A DNA stretch of 63,940 nt, filler included, from Sandaracinaceae bacterium (lineage in GTDB: Bacteria > Myxococcota_A > Polyangia > Polyangiales > JADJQN01), in NCBI GenBank assembly GCA_947483975.1. It is 17 parts of 17 records of this genome, joined end to end, with 100 filler letters (N's around TTAATTAATTAA, not from the genome) between each part and the next. Parts side by side here need not be neighbours in the genome. Positions count along the whole stretch, not along the records: positions 27,024 to 30,718 come from CANKOL010000465.1; positions 30,819 to 34,507 come from CANKOL010000466.1; positions 34,608 to 38,287 come from CANKOL010000467.1; positions 38,388 to 42,052 come from CANKOL010000468.1; 13 more parts are not named here. The stretch is one strand, 5' to 3'. Positions 28,692 to 38,439 of the stretch are shown piece by piece. Position 1 is the stretch's first letter. Every line of letters starts with the position of its first letter. A program made the translations under genes and the position numbers. Under the pieces are notes generated by a model, which did no database searches, was not told where the DNA came from, and saw only the letters and a program-made list of their open reading frames with translations.

Positions 28692-29045
28692 ATGACCTCA
28701 CGCAAGACGCTCTTCGCCGCCCTGACGACGTCCACGCTCCTCGCGCTCGCAGCCTGCGGTGGAGGCGGCGCGGCAGGAGGCGGCGTCGCGACGGGCGGCG
28801 CCGCGGAGGCCGACTCGACCCCGGGCGCGGCGCGCTTCCGCGTCGTGTGCGGGGTCTGCCATGGCCGCAACGGCGACAACGGGGACGCGCCGAACGTTCG
28901 AGACTTGCACTGGGACGCCGCGCGGATGCGCGCCCAGATCCGCAGCGGCTCAGGGCGGATGCGCCCGATCCCCGTCGCGCGGCTCAGCGACGCCGACCTC
29001 GAGCAGGTGCTGGTGTTCATGGGCACCATCGGCTCGGTGCAGTAG
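28692..29045 (+). CDS. Monoheme class I cytochrome c lipoprotein
   Basis: Lipobox LAAC, CGVCH heme motif, distal Met in GRMRP. Confidence 0.88.
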   Translation: MTSRKTLFAALTTSTLLALAACGGGGAAGGGVATGGAAEADSTPGAARFRVVCGVCHGRNGDNGDAPNVRDLHWDAARMRAQIRSGSGRMRPIPVARLSDADLEQVLVFMGTIGSVQ

Positions 29046-29102
29046 CGCCGAACGCCGGGCCGCAGACCTGCGCGATCCGCTTCGTAGACCCTCGCGGGCT
29101 CA

Positions 29103-29271
29103 AGAGCTGTAGAAAAATAGTCCGAGAGCGAGCGCCGGCCCGGGGGCCCCGCCGGCTGCTAGCAGCCGACGCCCCAGGCACCCCGCGGAGCGCAGACCCG
29201 AGGAATACTCCTGTATTTCGCAGGGTCTGCGTGAGGACGTAAGCCGCTATCGGGCATTCTTCGACAGCTCT
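29103..29271. mobile_element. 169-bp MITE with imperfect terminal inverted repeats and TCA target duplication
   Basis: Left AGAGCTGTAGAAAAATAGTCCGAGAGC vs right (reverse complement) AGAGCTGTCGAAGAATGCCCGATAGC; TCA at 29100-29102 and 29272-29274. Confidence 0.8.
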
Positions 29272-30717
29272 TCAGTACGCCGCCGTGCGCGCGGCGACTG
29301 AGCCGCGCAGCGCGGCTACGGCTTGCAGGGCGGCGCCGAGCGGCGAGCCGTCGGCCTTCTCGAGGTAGAGGTCGTAGCCGACGCTGAGGCCGAGCCAGCT
29401 CGCCAACGCGAACGTCGCGCCGAGGTGCGCGCGGAGCGACTGTGAGCGCGCGCCGAGCCCGAAGACGTCGCGCACGAAGTAGTTGAGATCGGCGTCGAGC
29501 GTGATGCCGCGGGTGGCCGCATCGCCGAGCGTCCACGGGCTGAGCGTCAGCTGCGCGCCGGCGCCTGGATCGAAGCGCGCTTCGGGGGAGAGCGCCTCGT
29601 CCTCGACGCCGACGAGCAGCCTCAGCACGAGCGGCTTGGCGAGCAAGAAGCTCGCGCCGACCGTCGGTCGCAGCAGCAGATGCCGCCAGTCGCGCGTCGC
29701 GTCGGGCCCCGTCGGCAAGGTGAGCTCGCTCTCGGCGTAGAGGCCGAGCGAGGGGCGCGGCACGTACCAGACGGGCTCCCGCGGGCCGTCGGTCTTCCAC
29801 GTCAGCGTCGACTGCAGGACGGTGAGGTCGTCGCTCTCGCGGTACGGCTGGTCGGCGCTGGCGTCGCCCGTCCAGACGAGGCGGTAGGTGACCGACGCGA
29901 GCGTCGTCCAGCGCAGGTAGCTCGAGTCCATCGACACGGACGCGTCCGCCGAGCCGCCGAGCCCGACCGTCTCGGTCAACGCGAGCTGCGCGGCGTCGTA
30001 GCGGTGCGCGCCCGCCGCGGTCGTCGGGTTCACGACGCTCGTCCCGCCGAACGCGAGGTCGACGACGAGCTGCGCCGACCACTCGGTCGCGTCCTCCGGT
30101 CGGGCGACGGCGTCGCGCACGTCGGCGTCGTTGGCCTCGCTGAACTGCGCGAGGAGCGCCGAGCGCAGCGTCTCTCCGGGGAGCGGCTCCCAGTCGGGGC
30201 CGGGCTCGAGCAGGCCCGCGGCGCCCTCGGCGAGGTAGCTCACCGTCACGACGCGATAGCGAACCTCGGGAGCGACCGCGCGGTCGGCGACGTGCGCCGT
30301 GTCGCCGACGCGCGTGAGGCCCGAGGCGACGAGCGTCTCTGGCGCGAGGGCGGCGGACGCCTTCTCGAGCCACGCGGCGTCGACGGAGGCGACGACGAGC
30401 GGATCGTCGAACAGCGCCGCGAGGTAGACGTCGCTCGCGGTCAGCGCGTCGCGTCGCAGCGACGTGAACGCGGGGTCGAAGGCGGAGACGTTGACGAGCG
30501 CGACGTCGGCGTGCGCGCGCTCGCGGAGCACGGCCGCGGCGAGCGCGACCATCTGCGCGGCGGTGAGCGGCCGGTCGAGGTGTCCGCCCGCGAGCGCTCG
30601 ACCCCAGCGCTCACAGTAGGTCGGGCCGAGCGAGCCGAGCAGCGCAGAGAGCGCGCGGGAGGGCTCGGTCGCCGCGGCGAGCGGGCGCGCGAGGAGATCG
30701 AGCGCGCGGTCGCCAGC
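29272..30717 (-). CDS. 5'-nucleotidase C-terminal-like domain fused to a beta-barrel-like region, 5'-truncated
   Basis: ADVALVN...LTASDVY...FDDPLV...YRVVTVSYLAEG followed by amphipathic strands; frame open to the contig end. Confidence 0.6.
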   Translation of the reverse strand, partial: AGDRALDLLARPLAAATEPSRALSALLGSLGPTYCERWGRALAGGHLDRPLTAAQMVALAAAVLRERAHADVALVNVSAFDPAFTSLRRDALTASDVYLAALFDDPLVVASVDAAWLEKASAALAPETLVASGLTRVGDTAHVADRAVAPEVRYRVVTVSYLAEGAAGLLEPGPDWEPLPGETLRSALLAQFSEANDADVRDAVARPEDATEWSAQLVVDLAFGGTSVVNPTTAAGAHRYDAAQLALTETVGLGGSADASVSMDSSYLRWTTLASVTYRLVWTGDASADQPYRESDDLTVLQSTLTWKTDGPREPVWYVPRPSLGLYAESELTLPTGPDATRDWRHLLLRPTVGASFLLAKPLVLRLLVGVEDEALSPEARFDPGAGAQLTLSPWTLGDAATRGITLDADLNYFVRDVFGLGARSQSLRAHLGATFALASWLGLSVGYDLYLEKADGSPLGAALQAVAALRGSVAARTAAY

Positions 30718-30818
30718 GNNNNNNNNNNNNNNNNNNNNNNNNNNNNNNNNNNNNNNNNNNNNTTAATTAATTAANNNNNNNNNNNNNNNNNNNNNNNNNN
30801 NNNNNNNNNNNNNNNNNN

Positions 30819-31054
30819 AGCGCCGCTGCCGCGCCGTGCGCAGCGGCGACCGAGAGCGCCGCAGCGGCGGCCGGCGGCATCGTGCCCGGCGTGCTCGTGT
30901 CCTCTGCGCCGAGCCCCTGCCACGCGGCCTTGAGGCGCATGAACTGCGGCGCGCCGAGGCGCAGCGTCAGCACCGCGCCCGCGAGGAGCACCGCCGGGGC
31001 GACGACCCACAGCCACACGAGCTCCCGAAGTGAATCCAGCGCGTGCAGGTCCAT
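30819..31054 (-). CDS. Alanine/glycine:cation symporter family, N-terminal fragment
   Basis: VW..VV...LLAGAVLTLRLGAPQF N-terminus followed by a G-x-x-P-like segment. Confidence 0.6.
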
Positions 31055-31126
31055 GAAGACGGCGGCCTTAGCAGTACGCCGCCGCGTTCGCCAGAGCGGG
31101 GGCAACGGCGGGACCGGCGCGCGCGC

Positions 31127-31501
31127 TCAGTCTCCCGCGTACGGAGCGCGCTCGATCTCGACCTGCGCGGTCTCGGGCTCCGCCGTCGCAGCCCCGCCGT
31201 CCGGAGCCGCTCCGCGCACGACGGTCAGGTGCACGCGCGTGCCGACCTCCCCGCGCAGCTCCGAGACGACCTCGGCGATCGGGCGCCCTGCGACGGGCAC
31301 GCCCTCGATCGCCACGATGCGGTCGTCTTCGCGCAGCCCCGCCGCCCGCGCCGGTCCGTCGGGCACGCCCACGACGCGCAGCCCGCGCTCCGAGGACCAG
31401 GCCATCTGCGCGTGAATCCCGCCGCGCCAGCCCTCGCTGCAGCCGAGCGCGGTGAGCGCCACCGCGAGCATCACGGACCACGCCGCGAGGCCTCGGCTCA
31501 T
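31127..31501 (-). CDS. PDZ-domain lipoprotein
   Basis: Lipobox ALGC; GPARAAGLREDDRIVAIEG...LRGEVGTRVHLTV. Confidence 0.85.
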   Translation of the reverse strand: MSRGLAAWSVMLAVALTALGCSEGWRGGIHAQMAWSSERGLRVVGVPDGPARAAGLREDDRIVAIEGVPVAGRPIAEVVSELRGEVGTRVHLTVVRGAAPDGGAATAEPETAQVEIERAPYAGD

Positions 31502-32973
31502 CCGCCGTCTCCCGCCGCCGCGCCGTCCTCGAGCGAGGACGCGTCCTCGAGGCTCGCATCCTCCGACGCGCTCGCGTCCGCTGCGCCAGCGTCCGTCCGC
31601 TGCACCGGGCGCACGCCAGGCACGGTGACGCGCACGGTCAGGCGCGCGAGCACCAGTGAGTCGCCGCGCAGCGCCAGCGTGAGCCGAAAGACCTGGTCGT
31701 AGTCGCTCTCGCGCACGGACTCGTTCCGGAGCAGCGCGGCGACCTCCACGCGTGTCCCCGCGCGCACCTCGGTGAACGTGTCGAGCGTCCCGTCACCTGC
31801 CGGGCGCCTATCTGCGCGCCCGGGCGGCGGCGTGCCTGCGGGCGGGGTCGCGCCGCGCGCCTCGATCGTGCGCACGAAGTGCAGCGAGTCGCCGACCGCC
31901 TCGCCCCAGACCTCCTCGTACGCGACGGCGTCGACCAGCGCGACGACCGCGTCGACCAGCGCCGTCGACAAGCCCGTGCCGTCGGCGGCGATGTCGAAGA
32001 CCAGCGGGCACACGCCAGCGACGGGCGCGCGCGACGCGCCTCCGAACCCGGTCGGGCACGAGCCGTCCGGCGCCGGCGCGATCACCGCGCCCGTCCCCTC
32101 CGCCACAGACTCGAGGTGCGGGCGCGCCTCCTCGCTGCTCGCGACCCCGATGACGAAGACGTCGTTCAAGCGGAGCGCGCCGAGGGCCTGCGAGAGCGAG
32201 TGCGCGCCGCTCACCGCCCTGCCGTAGTCGCTCGGGTCGTGCGGCGGCGCGTCGGTGACGTGCACGACGACGCGCATCGCCCCGTCGCGAAACCCGACGC
32301 CGCCCTGCCGCTCTCCGCCCGCGACGCGCGACGGCGCATAGGCCGCGACGAACGGCGACAGCCCATCGCCGGTCGCGATTTGATAGAGCGCCTCGGCGCC
32401 CGCCTCGGGCATATCGCCGCCGTAGCCGAGCGGCGCATCGAGGGACGCGACCGCGCTCGCGAGCAGCGCCGACGAGGTCGTCATCGCGCGCACGAGCGTG
32501 AACGGCGAATCGCGCGGACCACCGAACGGCTCGCGCGGCATATCCTCGAACCGCGTCACGGCGAACGCGACATCGGGCACTCGAGCCTCGAGGCGTGGCG
32601 CGACCACGGCGAGCACATCGCGCTGCAGCGCGTCGATCTCGCCGCCGAAGCTCCCCGTCGTGTCCACCGAGAAGACGACGTCGAGCTTCGACAAGTCCGC
32701 GCGGATCTCGAGGGGCACTTCGACCGCAGGTCCGTCGAAGGGCAGCACCACATCGATGTCCGCTGGCGGCAGGCGCGACGCGTCCCCGCGCCCGCCGAGA
32801 TCGGGATCGCTCGGCAGGGGCTCTGCGTCGCGCACCGGGCCCGCGTCGACGTAGCGCGGGCCGAGGTCGAGCCCTGGAGCAGGTGGCGGTCGGTCTGCCG
32901 CACAGCCCGCGAACGCCGCCGCGAGGAGCACGAAGCCCCACATGGCCCGCCGCGTTGGCAGATTGCACGACAT
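31498..32973 (-). CDS. vWA-domain lipoprotein
   Basis: Lipobox FAGC; MIDAS-like VDTTGS, GGDMPE, VTDAPPH. Confidence 0.8.
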   Translation of the reverse strand: MSCNLPTRRAMWGFVLLAAAFAGCAADRPPPAPGLDLGPRYVDAGPVRDAEPLPSDPDLGGRGDASRLPPADIDVVLPFDGPAVEVPLEIRADLSKLDVVFSVDTTGSFGGEIDALQRDVLAVVAPRLEARVPDVAFAVTRFEDMPREPFGGPRDSPFTLVRAMTTSSALLASAVASLDAPLGYGGDMPEAGAEALYQIATGDGLSPFVAAYAPSRVAGGERQGGVGFRDGAMRVVVHVTDAPPHDPSDYGRAVSGAHSLSQALGALRLNDVFVIGVASSEEARPHLESVAEGTGAVIAPAPDGSCPTGFGGASRAPVAGVCPLVFDIAADGTGLSTALVDAVVALVDAVAYEEVWGEAVGDSLHFVRTIEARGATPPAGTPPPGRADRRPAGDGTLDTFTEVRAGTRVEVAALLRNESVRESDYDQVFRLTLALRGDSLVLARLTVRVTVPGVRPVQRTDAGAADASASEDASLEDASSLEDGAAAGDGG

Positions 32974-33091
32974 CCCCGCAGCCTCTCACGGACGCCGCCG
33001 CGCGTGCCAGCCTCTGTGAAGTGAGCCGCGCGAGCCTGCCCAAGAACCGGGTCGCTCGTGGCGTCCGAACGCACACGACAGAAGTCCAGGA

Positions 33092-33119
33092 TTGACACCC
33101 AGGGGCGGCCGGGTAGCAT
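33092..33119 (+). promoter_or_regulatory. Sigma70-like promoter for the FHA gene
   Basis: TTGACA-N16-TAGCAT, 48 nt before ATG 33167. Confidence 0.5.
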
Positions 33120-33166
33120 GGCGCCTCTGCCCGGTTTTCCGCCGCGCTACGGAACCACAGAGCGAG

Positions 33167-34507
33167 ATGCACAAGCTCGTCATCTCTGACGACGAAGGTA
33201 AAACGACGGTCGTCCCTCTCGTCCGAGACGAGATCACGATCGGGCGTAAAGAAGGCAACACGATCCGCCTCACTGAGCGGAACGTGTCGCGCCGTCACGC
33301 CCGATTGCGAAAAACGAACGGCGCGTACCTGATCGAGGACCTCGAGTCGTACAACGGCATCAAGGTCAACGGCCGTCGCATCGAGAAGGAGTCGACGCTC
33401 AAGCTCGGCGATCAGGTCGGCATCGGCGACTACATGATCGCCCTGCAAGACGCTGCCGCCGATGCGCCGAGCGTCGCCGAGGCGACGACCTCGGCGGCGA
33501 CGAACGCTCCATCGCGGCGCCCGGGCCCTCTCGCTGATTCCCCGACGGCGATGATCGCGGCGCCCGCAGCGCCGGTCGCGGCGGTCCCGCCCGCGCGCCT
33601 CGTCATGATCTCGCCGCCCGCCCCCGGCGCCGAGTTCGCGTTCCAGCGCCCGAAGATGCGCCTCGGACGCGCTGAAGACCTCGACATCTGCGTCAACCAC
33701 CGCTCGATCAGCCGCGAGCACGCGGAGTTCGTGCGCGACGGCGCCCAGGTCCGCCTCGTCGATCTCGGCAGCGCCAACGGGACCCGCGTCAACGGGCGCG
33801 ATGTGACCGACGTCGCGCTCGGGCCCGGCGACGTCATCGAGCTTGGGCAGGTGCGCTTCCGCTATGTCGGCGAGGGCGAGACCTATCACTTCGACGCCGA
33901 GCGCACCGTCCAGATGGACGCGCTCGTCATGCCGGCGCCGAGCTCCAAGATGCCGCTGTTCATCGGCGCCGGGATCGTCGCGCTCGCGCTGATCGCCACG
34001 ATCGTGGTCGTCGCGCTCTCGGGCGGCGGACAGCCCGAGGACAACATCTCCGCCACCGCGGTGCCGACCATCGCGCCCAATCTGCCGCCGGTCGCGATCG
34101 CGCCGGTGGCCGCCGATCCCAACGCGGCCGCCTTCACCACGGCCGTCGGCGAGTGTCAGCGGGCGCTCGCGGGCGGCCAGTACGACCAGGCGCTCGCGCA
34201 GGCTCAAGCCGCCCTCGGGCTCCGACCGGGCGACGCCACGGCGACCCAGTGTCAGCGGGACGTGACGCAGGCGATCGAGCAACAGGTCGCGGGCGATGCG
34301 CGCGGCTTGGTCGAGCGCGCGCGGGCCGCGCTGGGCGCCAACCCAGGGGAGGCGCTGCGCCTCTCCCAGCAGGTGCTCGCGATGCCGAGCGCTCCGCCAG
34401 AGGCGCGCGCGGGCGCGGAGACCGTCCACGCCCAGGCCGCCGAGGCCCTCCGCAACGCTCCGCATTCGGCGGCCGGCACTGCCGCGCATCCGGCTGGCGG
34501 CACCACC
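33167..34507 (+). CDS. Double FHA-domain membrane protein with TPR-like helical region, 3'-truncated
   Basis: IGR...VSRRHA...SYNG and LGR...ISREHA...SANG; one TM segment. Confidence 0.88.
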
Positions 34508-34607
34508 NNNNNNNNNNNNNNNNNNNNNNNNNNNNNNNNNNNNNNNNNNNNTTAATTAATTAANNNNNNNNNNNNNNNNNNNNNNNNNNNNNNNNNNNNN
34601 NNNNNNN

Positions 34608-34682
34608 GCTGCGACAGGCGCCGCTGCGACAGGCGCCGCTGCGACAGGCGCCGCTACGACGGGCGCGGCTGCGACGGGCGCC
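34608..34682. repeat. 15-bp tandem repeat, 5 copies, encoding the AAAPV tail of IF-3
   Basis: gctgcgacaggcgcc-like units at 34608, 34623, 34638, 34653, 34668. Confidence 0.85.
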
Positions 34683-35422
34683 GCTGCCGCCGGCGGGACC
34701 GAAGCTGCGGCGACCTCTGCGGCCTCCGCGGTCTCGGCGTCGTCGAGCTCGTCATCATCATCCTCGTCGTCGTCGTCTTCTTCGACGGTGACCGGCGCGG
34801 CGACGGGGGCCTGCTCACGGCGGGGCTGCGGGGCCTGCGCCGGACGACCTGCGGGGAGCGGCGGGCCGCCCTTGCTACCAGCGGGACGCGGGGCGAGGAG
34901 CACGATCATCGCGCGACCCTCCATGCGGCTCGACGACTCGACGATCGCGACGTCCTTGACGCGGTCGAGGATCGTCTCGAACTGCCGCTGCGCGGTCTCC
35001 GGGTGCGTGATCTCGCGGCCGCGGAAGCGGACCGTGATCTTCACCTTGTCGCCGGCCGCGATGAAGTTGCGGATGTGCTTCACCTTGAAGTCGATGTCGT
35101 GGTCATCGGTCTTCGGGCGAAGCTTGATCTCCTTCAGCTTCACGACGGTCTGCTTCTTCTTGGCCTCGCGCGTCTTCTTGGACTCCTCGTACTTGAACTT
35201 GCCGAAGTCCATGATCTTGCAGACGGGCGGGAACGCCTTCGGATTGACCTCGACGAGATCGAGGTCCTTCTCGCGGGCTATCCGCAGGGCGTCGCGCGTC
35301 TCCATGACGCCCAGCATCTCGCCCTCGGCGCCGATGACTCGGACCTCAGGGATGCGGATGCGCTCGTTGGTGCGGGGGCCGGTCTGGACGCGCTGGCGAG
35401 GATCGAAGCGGGGGCGAGAGAT
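34608..35422 (-). CDS. infC: Translation initiation factor IF-3 with ATC start and long C-terminal extension, 3'-truncated
   Basis: AGGAGG RBS then ATC-TCT-CGC; NERIR, PPVCKIMDFGKFKYE, GDKVKITVRFRGRE. Confidence 0.95.
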
Positions 35423-35519
35423 GGGAACTTCCTCCTGAAGGGAGGGCCGAGGACCCTCCGAACGTTCTGCGTAGGCTCAATACCGATGAGTTGACGATCC
35501 CGCAAGGGGGCGCAGCGAC

Positions 35520-37532
35520 CTACGCGCGCCGAGACGGCGGAAGTGCCTCCGCGCCGAGGCGCGCGATGATGTCCGCGAGGGGCAGGAAGCCGAGGTCTTT
35601 GTCCTCGTCGCGCGAGCGCAGCGAGAGGCCGTGCCCCTCCGCTTCCTTCAAGCCCACCACGCCGATGTACGGCACTCGCATGAGGCGCGCGTTGCGGATC
35701 TTCGCGCCGAGCTTCTCGTTCGAGGTGTCGAGCACGGCGCGGAAACCTGCCGCGAGGAGCTCCGCGTGCGCCTGCCTCGCGTAGTCGTCTACCTTCTCGC
35801 TGACGGTGACGAGGGCGATCTGCTCGGGGGCGAGCCACACCGGAAACGCGCCGCCGACGTGCTCGACGAGCACGCCGAAGAAGCGCTCGACGCTCCCGAG
35901 GATCGCGCGGTGCAGCATCACCGGGCGGTGGTTCGTGTTGTCCTCGCCGACGTACTCGAGGTCGAAGCGCTCCGGCAGGTTGAAGTCGACCTGCATCGTG
36001 CCGAGCTGCCATGAGCGCTTGAGCGCGTCCTTCAGGTGGAACTCGATCTTCGGGCCGTAGAACGCGCCCTCGCCCGCCGCGAGCTCGTACGGCAGGCCCT
36101 TGGCCTTCACGGCGTCCTCGAGCGCCGCCTCGGAGCGGTCCCAGACCTCGTCGGAGCCGAGGCGGTTCGCAGGGCGGAGCGCGATGACGACGCGGACGTC
36201 GCTGAACGCGAAGTCGCGGTAGACGTCGTAGACGAGGTCGATGAACGCGCCGATCTCCGCGCCCATCTGGTCGAGCGTGCAGAAGATGTGCGCGTCGTCC
36301 TGCGCGAAGGTGCGCACGCGGGTCAGCCCCTGCACGACGCCGCTGCGCTCGAAGCGATGGAGGCGCCCGAAGTCTGCCATGCGCATCGGCAGATCGCGGT
36401 AGCTCCGGCGCGTCATGCCGAACATCAGCGCGTGCGCGGGGCAGTTCATCGGCTTGATGCCGAAGCGCAGATGCTCGCGGAGCTTCTTGCCGACGAGCTC
36501 CGGCGCGTCGCCCTTGCTGAGGTCGACCTTCGGCAGCTCGACGGAGAGGTCCTCGAGGTTCTCCTGCGTGATCGCGAAGAACATGTTCTCGGCGTAGTTC
36601 GGCAGGTGCCCGCTCGTCTCGAAGAGCGCCTTGTCGAAGATCTGCGGGGTGATGACCTCGTCGTAGCCGGTGCGCGAGTACATCGCGCGGACGTAGTCGA
36701 CGAGCGACTGATAGAGCTTCGCGCCGCGCGGCAGGAAGAACGGCGACGCGGGCGCGAGCGGATGGAAGCCGATCAGCTCGAGCTCCTTGCCGAGCTTGCG
36801 GTGGTCGCGCTTCTTCGCCTCCTCGATCGCGGCGAGGTGCTCCTTGAGCGCCTTCTCGTTCTGGAAGGCGGTCCCGTAGATGCGCTGGAGCATCGGGTTG
36901 CGCTCGTCGCCGCGCCAGTAAGCGCCCGCGACGTGCGTGAGCTTCACGGCCTTGAGGAAGCGCGTCGAGGGCACGTGCGGGCCCGCGCAGAAGTCGACCC
37001 ACTCGTGCTCACCGGCGCGGCCGTGGTGATAGAGCGTGAGGTCGCCGTGCGCGCCCGCGATCAGCTCGAGCTTGAACTTCTCGCCGAGGTCGCCGAAGAG
37101 CTTCTCGGCCGCCTCGCGCGACACGATCTCGCGCGAGAAGCGGTAGTTCGCCTCCGCGATGCGCTTCATCTCCGCCTCGATCTTCTCGAGGTCCTCGTCG
37201 ACGAAGGCCGCGCCGCCCGGGCGCAGGAAGTCGTAGTAGAAGCCGTCCTCGATCGACGGCCCGATGGTCACCTGCGTGCCCGGAAACAGCCGCTGCACCG
37301 CGTCCGCCATCACGTGCGCCGCCGAGTGCCGGATGACGGCGAGCGACGCCGGATCGGCCGACCCGAGCGGAGTCACCTCCGCCGCCGTCGTGCCCGCCGG
37401 CAGCGCGGTGTGCAGGTCGAAGACCACGCCCCCGACGCGCGCCGCGACGATATCTCCGCTGAGCTTCTGCCCCTGCGCGACCGCCGCCGCGTCGAGGATC
37501 GTACGCGCAGTGACTACGAGAACTGGTTCCAT
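35520..37532 (-). CDS. thrS: Threonine--tRNA ligase
   Basis: RHSAAH, DFCAGPH, AYWRGD, RDHRKLG, KPMNCP, GAFYGPKI, HRAILGSVERF. Confidence 0.97.
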   Translation of the reverse strand: MEPVLVVTARTILDAAAVAQGQKLSGDIVAARVGGVVFDLHTALPAGTTAAEVTPLGSADPASLAVIRHSAAHVMADAVQRLFPGTQVTIGPSIEDGFYYDFLRPGGAAFVDEDLEKIEAEMKRIAEANYRFSREIVSREAAEKLFGDLGEKFKLELIAGAHGDLTLYHHGRAGEHEWVDFCAGPHVPSTRFLKAVKLTHVAGAYWRGDERNPMLQRIYGTAFQNEKALKEHLAAIEEAKKRDHRKLGKELELIGFHPLAPASPFFLPRGAKLYQSLVDYVRAMYSRTGYDEVITPQIFDKALFETSGHLPNYAENMFFAITQENLEDLSVELPKVDLSKGDAPELVGKKLREHLRFGIKPMNCPAHALMFGMTRRSYRDLPMRMADFGRLHRFERSGVVQGLTRVRTFAQDDAHIFCTLDQMGAEIGAFIDLVYDVYRDFAFSDVRVVIALRPANRLGSDEVWDRSEAALEDAVKAKGLPYELAAGEGAFYGPKIEFHLKDALKRSWQLGTMQVDFNLPERFDLEYVGEDNTNHRPVMLHRAILGSVERFFGVLVEHVGGAFPVWLAPEQIALVTVSEKVDDYARQAHAELLAAGFRAVLDTSNEKLGAKIRNARLMRVPYIGVVGLKEAEGHGLSLRSRDEDKDLGFLPLADIIARLGAEALPPSRRA

Positions 37533-37607
37533 GGACTCCCGGGCTCCTTCATCGAAGCCCGCCAACGTGCGCGCCATCGACCGCCTCCGCAAGCCGCTCC
37601 GCGCGCA

Positions 37608-37676
37608 CGCCAGTCGCTCGCGGCGAAGCCCGCGAGCACATCGCATCGCCAGTCGCTCGCGGCGAAGCCCGCGAGC
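37608..37676. repeat. Two exact 30-bp hairpin-forming direct repeats (period 39)
   Basis: cgccagtcgctcgcggcgaagcccgcgagc at 37608 and 37647; stem GCTCGCGG/CCGCGAGC. Confidence 0.85.
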
Positions 37677-37828
37677 CCGACCACCGCCGCACAGCATCGC
37701 AAGGGGGCGCAGGGGACCCCGCGCAGCGCGAGCGCCCGTTCAGGGCGCGAGGCGGAGTTGGGTGGGGGACCCGGCAGGCTTTTGCCTGACGGGGGAGGGT
37801 CTGCCCCAGACCCTCCCAGCCAAAGCTG

Positions 37829-37900
<72 letters not shown>

Positions 37901-37945
37901 GACCCCTCGCGGGAGGGCCGTCTTTAGCCGACGTGCTCCGTTCCG

Positions 37946-38287
37946 TCAAGCGCGCGATGGCACGTCAGCGGGTAGTTCGAGCAGCAGCCACTTCACGCGG
38001 CGCAGGTCTCCCCGCGCCTCGCCGAACACCGCGCGCGTCGTCGCCCCCTCGACGGTCGGCACCTCGAAGCTCGGCGGCACCTTCGCGAGCACCCGCCCGT
38101 AGGCGCCGCCCTCCCCGACGCCGCGCCCCCGCGCCGCGTCGAGCACCTCCGCGAGCGGCGGCAGCGCGTCGAGCGTCACGCGCCCGCGATCGTAGCCCTC
38201 GCCCCACGGCGGATCGACGAAGAGCACGTCCGCGCGCCGCGCCCGCACCTCCGCGCTCGCCTCGCCGAGCACGCGCTCGATCCGCCC
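37946..38287 (-). CDS. SAM-dependent methyltransferase (Tgs1/RsmD-like), C-terminal fragment
   Basis: DVLFVDPPWG and KVP motifs. Confidence 0.65.
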   Translation of the reverse strand, partial: GRIERVLGEASAEVRARRADVLFVDPPWGEGYDRGRVTLDALPPLAEVLDAARGRGVGEGGAYGRVLAKVPPSFEVPTVEGATTRAVFGEARGDLRRVKWLLLELPADVPSRA

Positions 38288-38439
38288 NNNNNNNNNNNNN
38301 NNNNNNNNNNNNNNNNNNNNNNNNNNNNNNNTTAATTAATTAANNNNNNNNNNNNNNNNNNNNNNNNNNNNNNNNNNNNNNNNNNNNCCCTGCGCACGAG
38401 CGCTCCGGCTGCTCGCTCTGACGCGCGGCGCGCGCCCGC

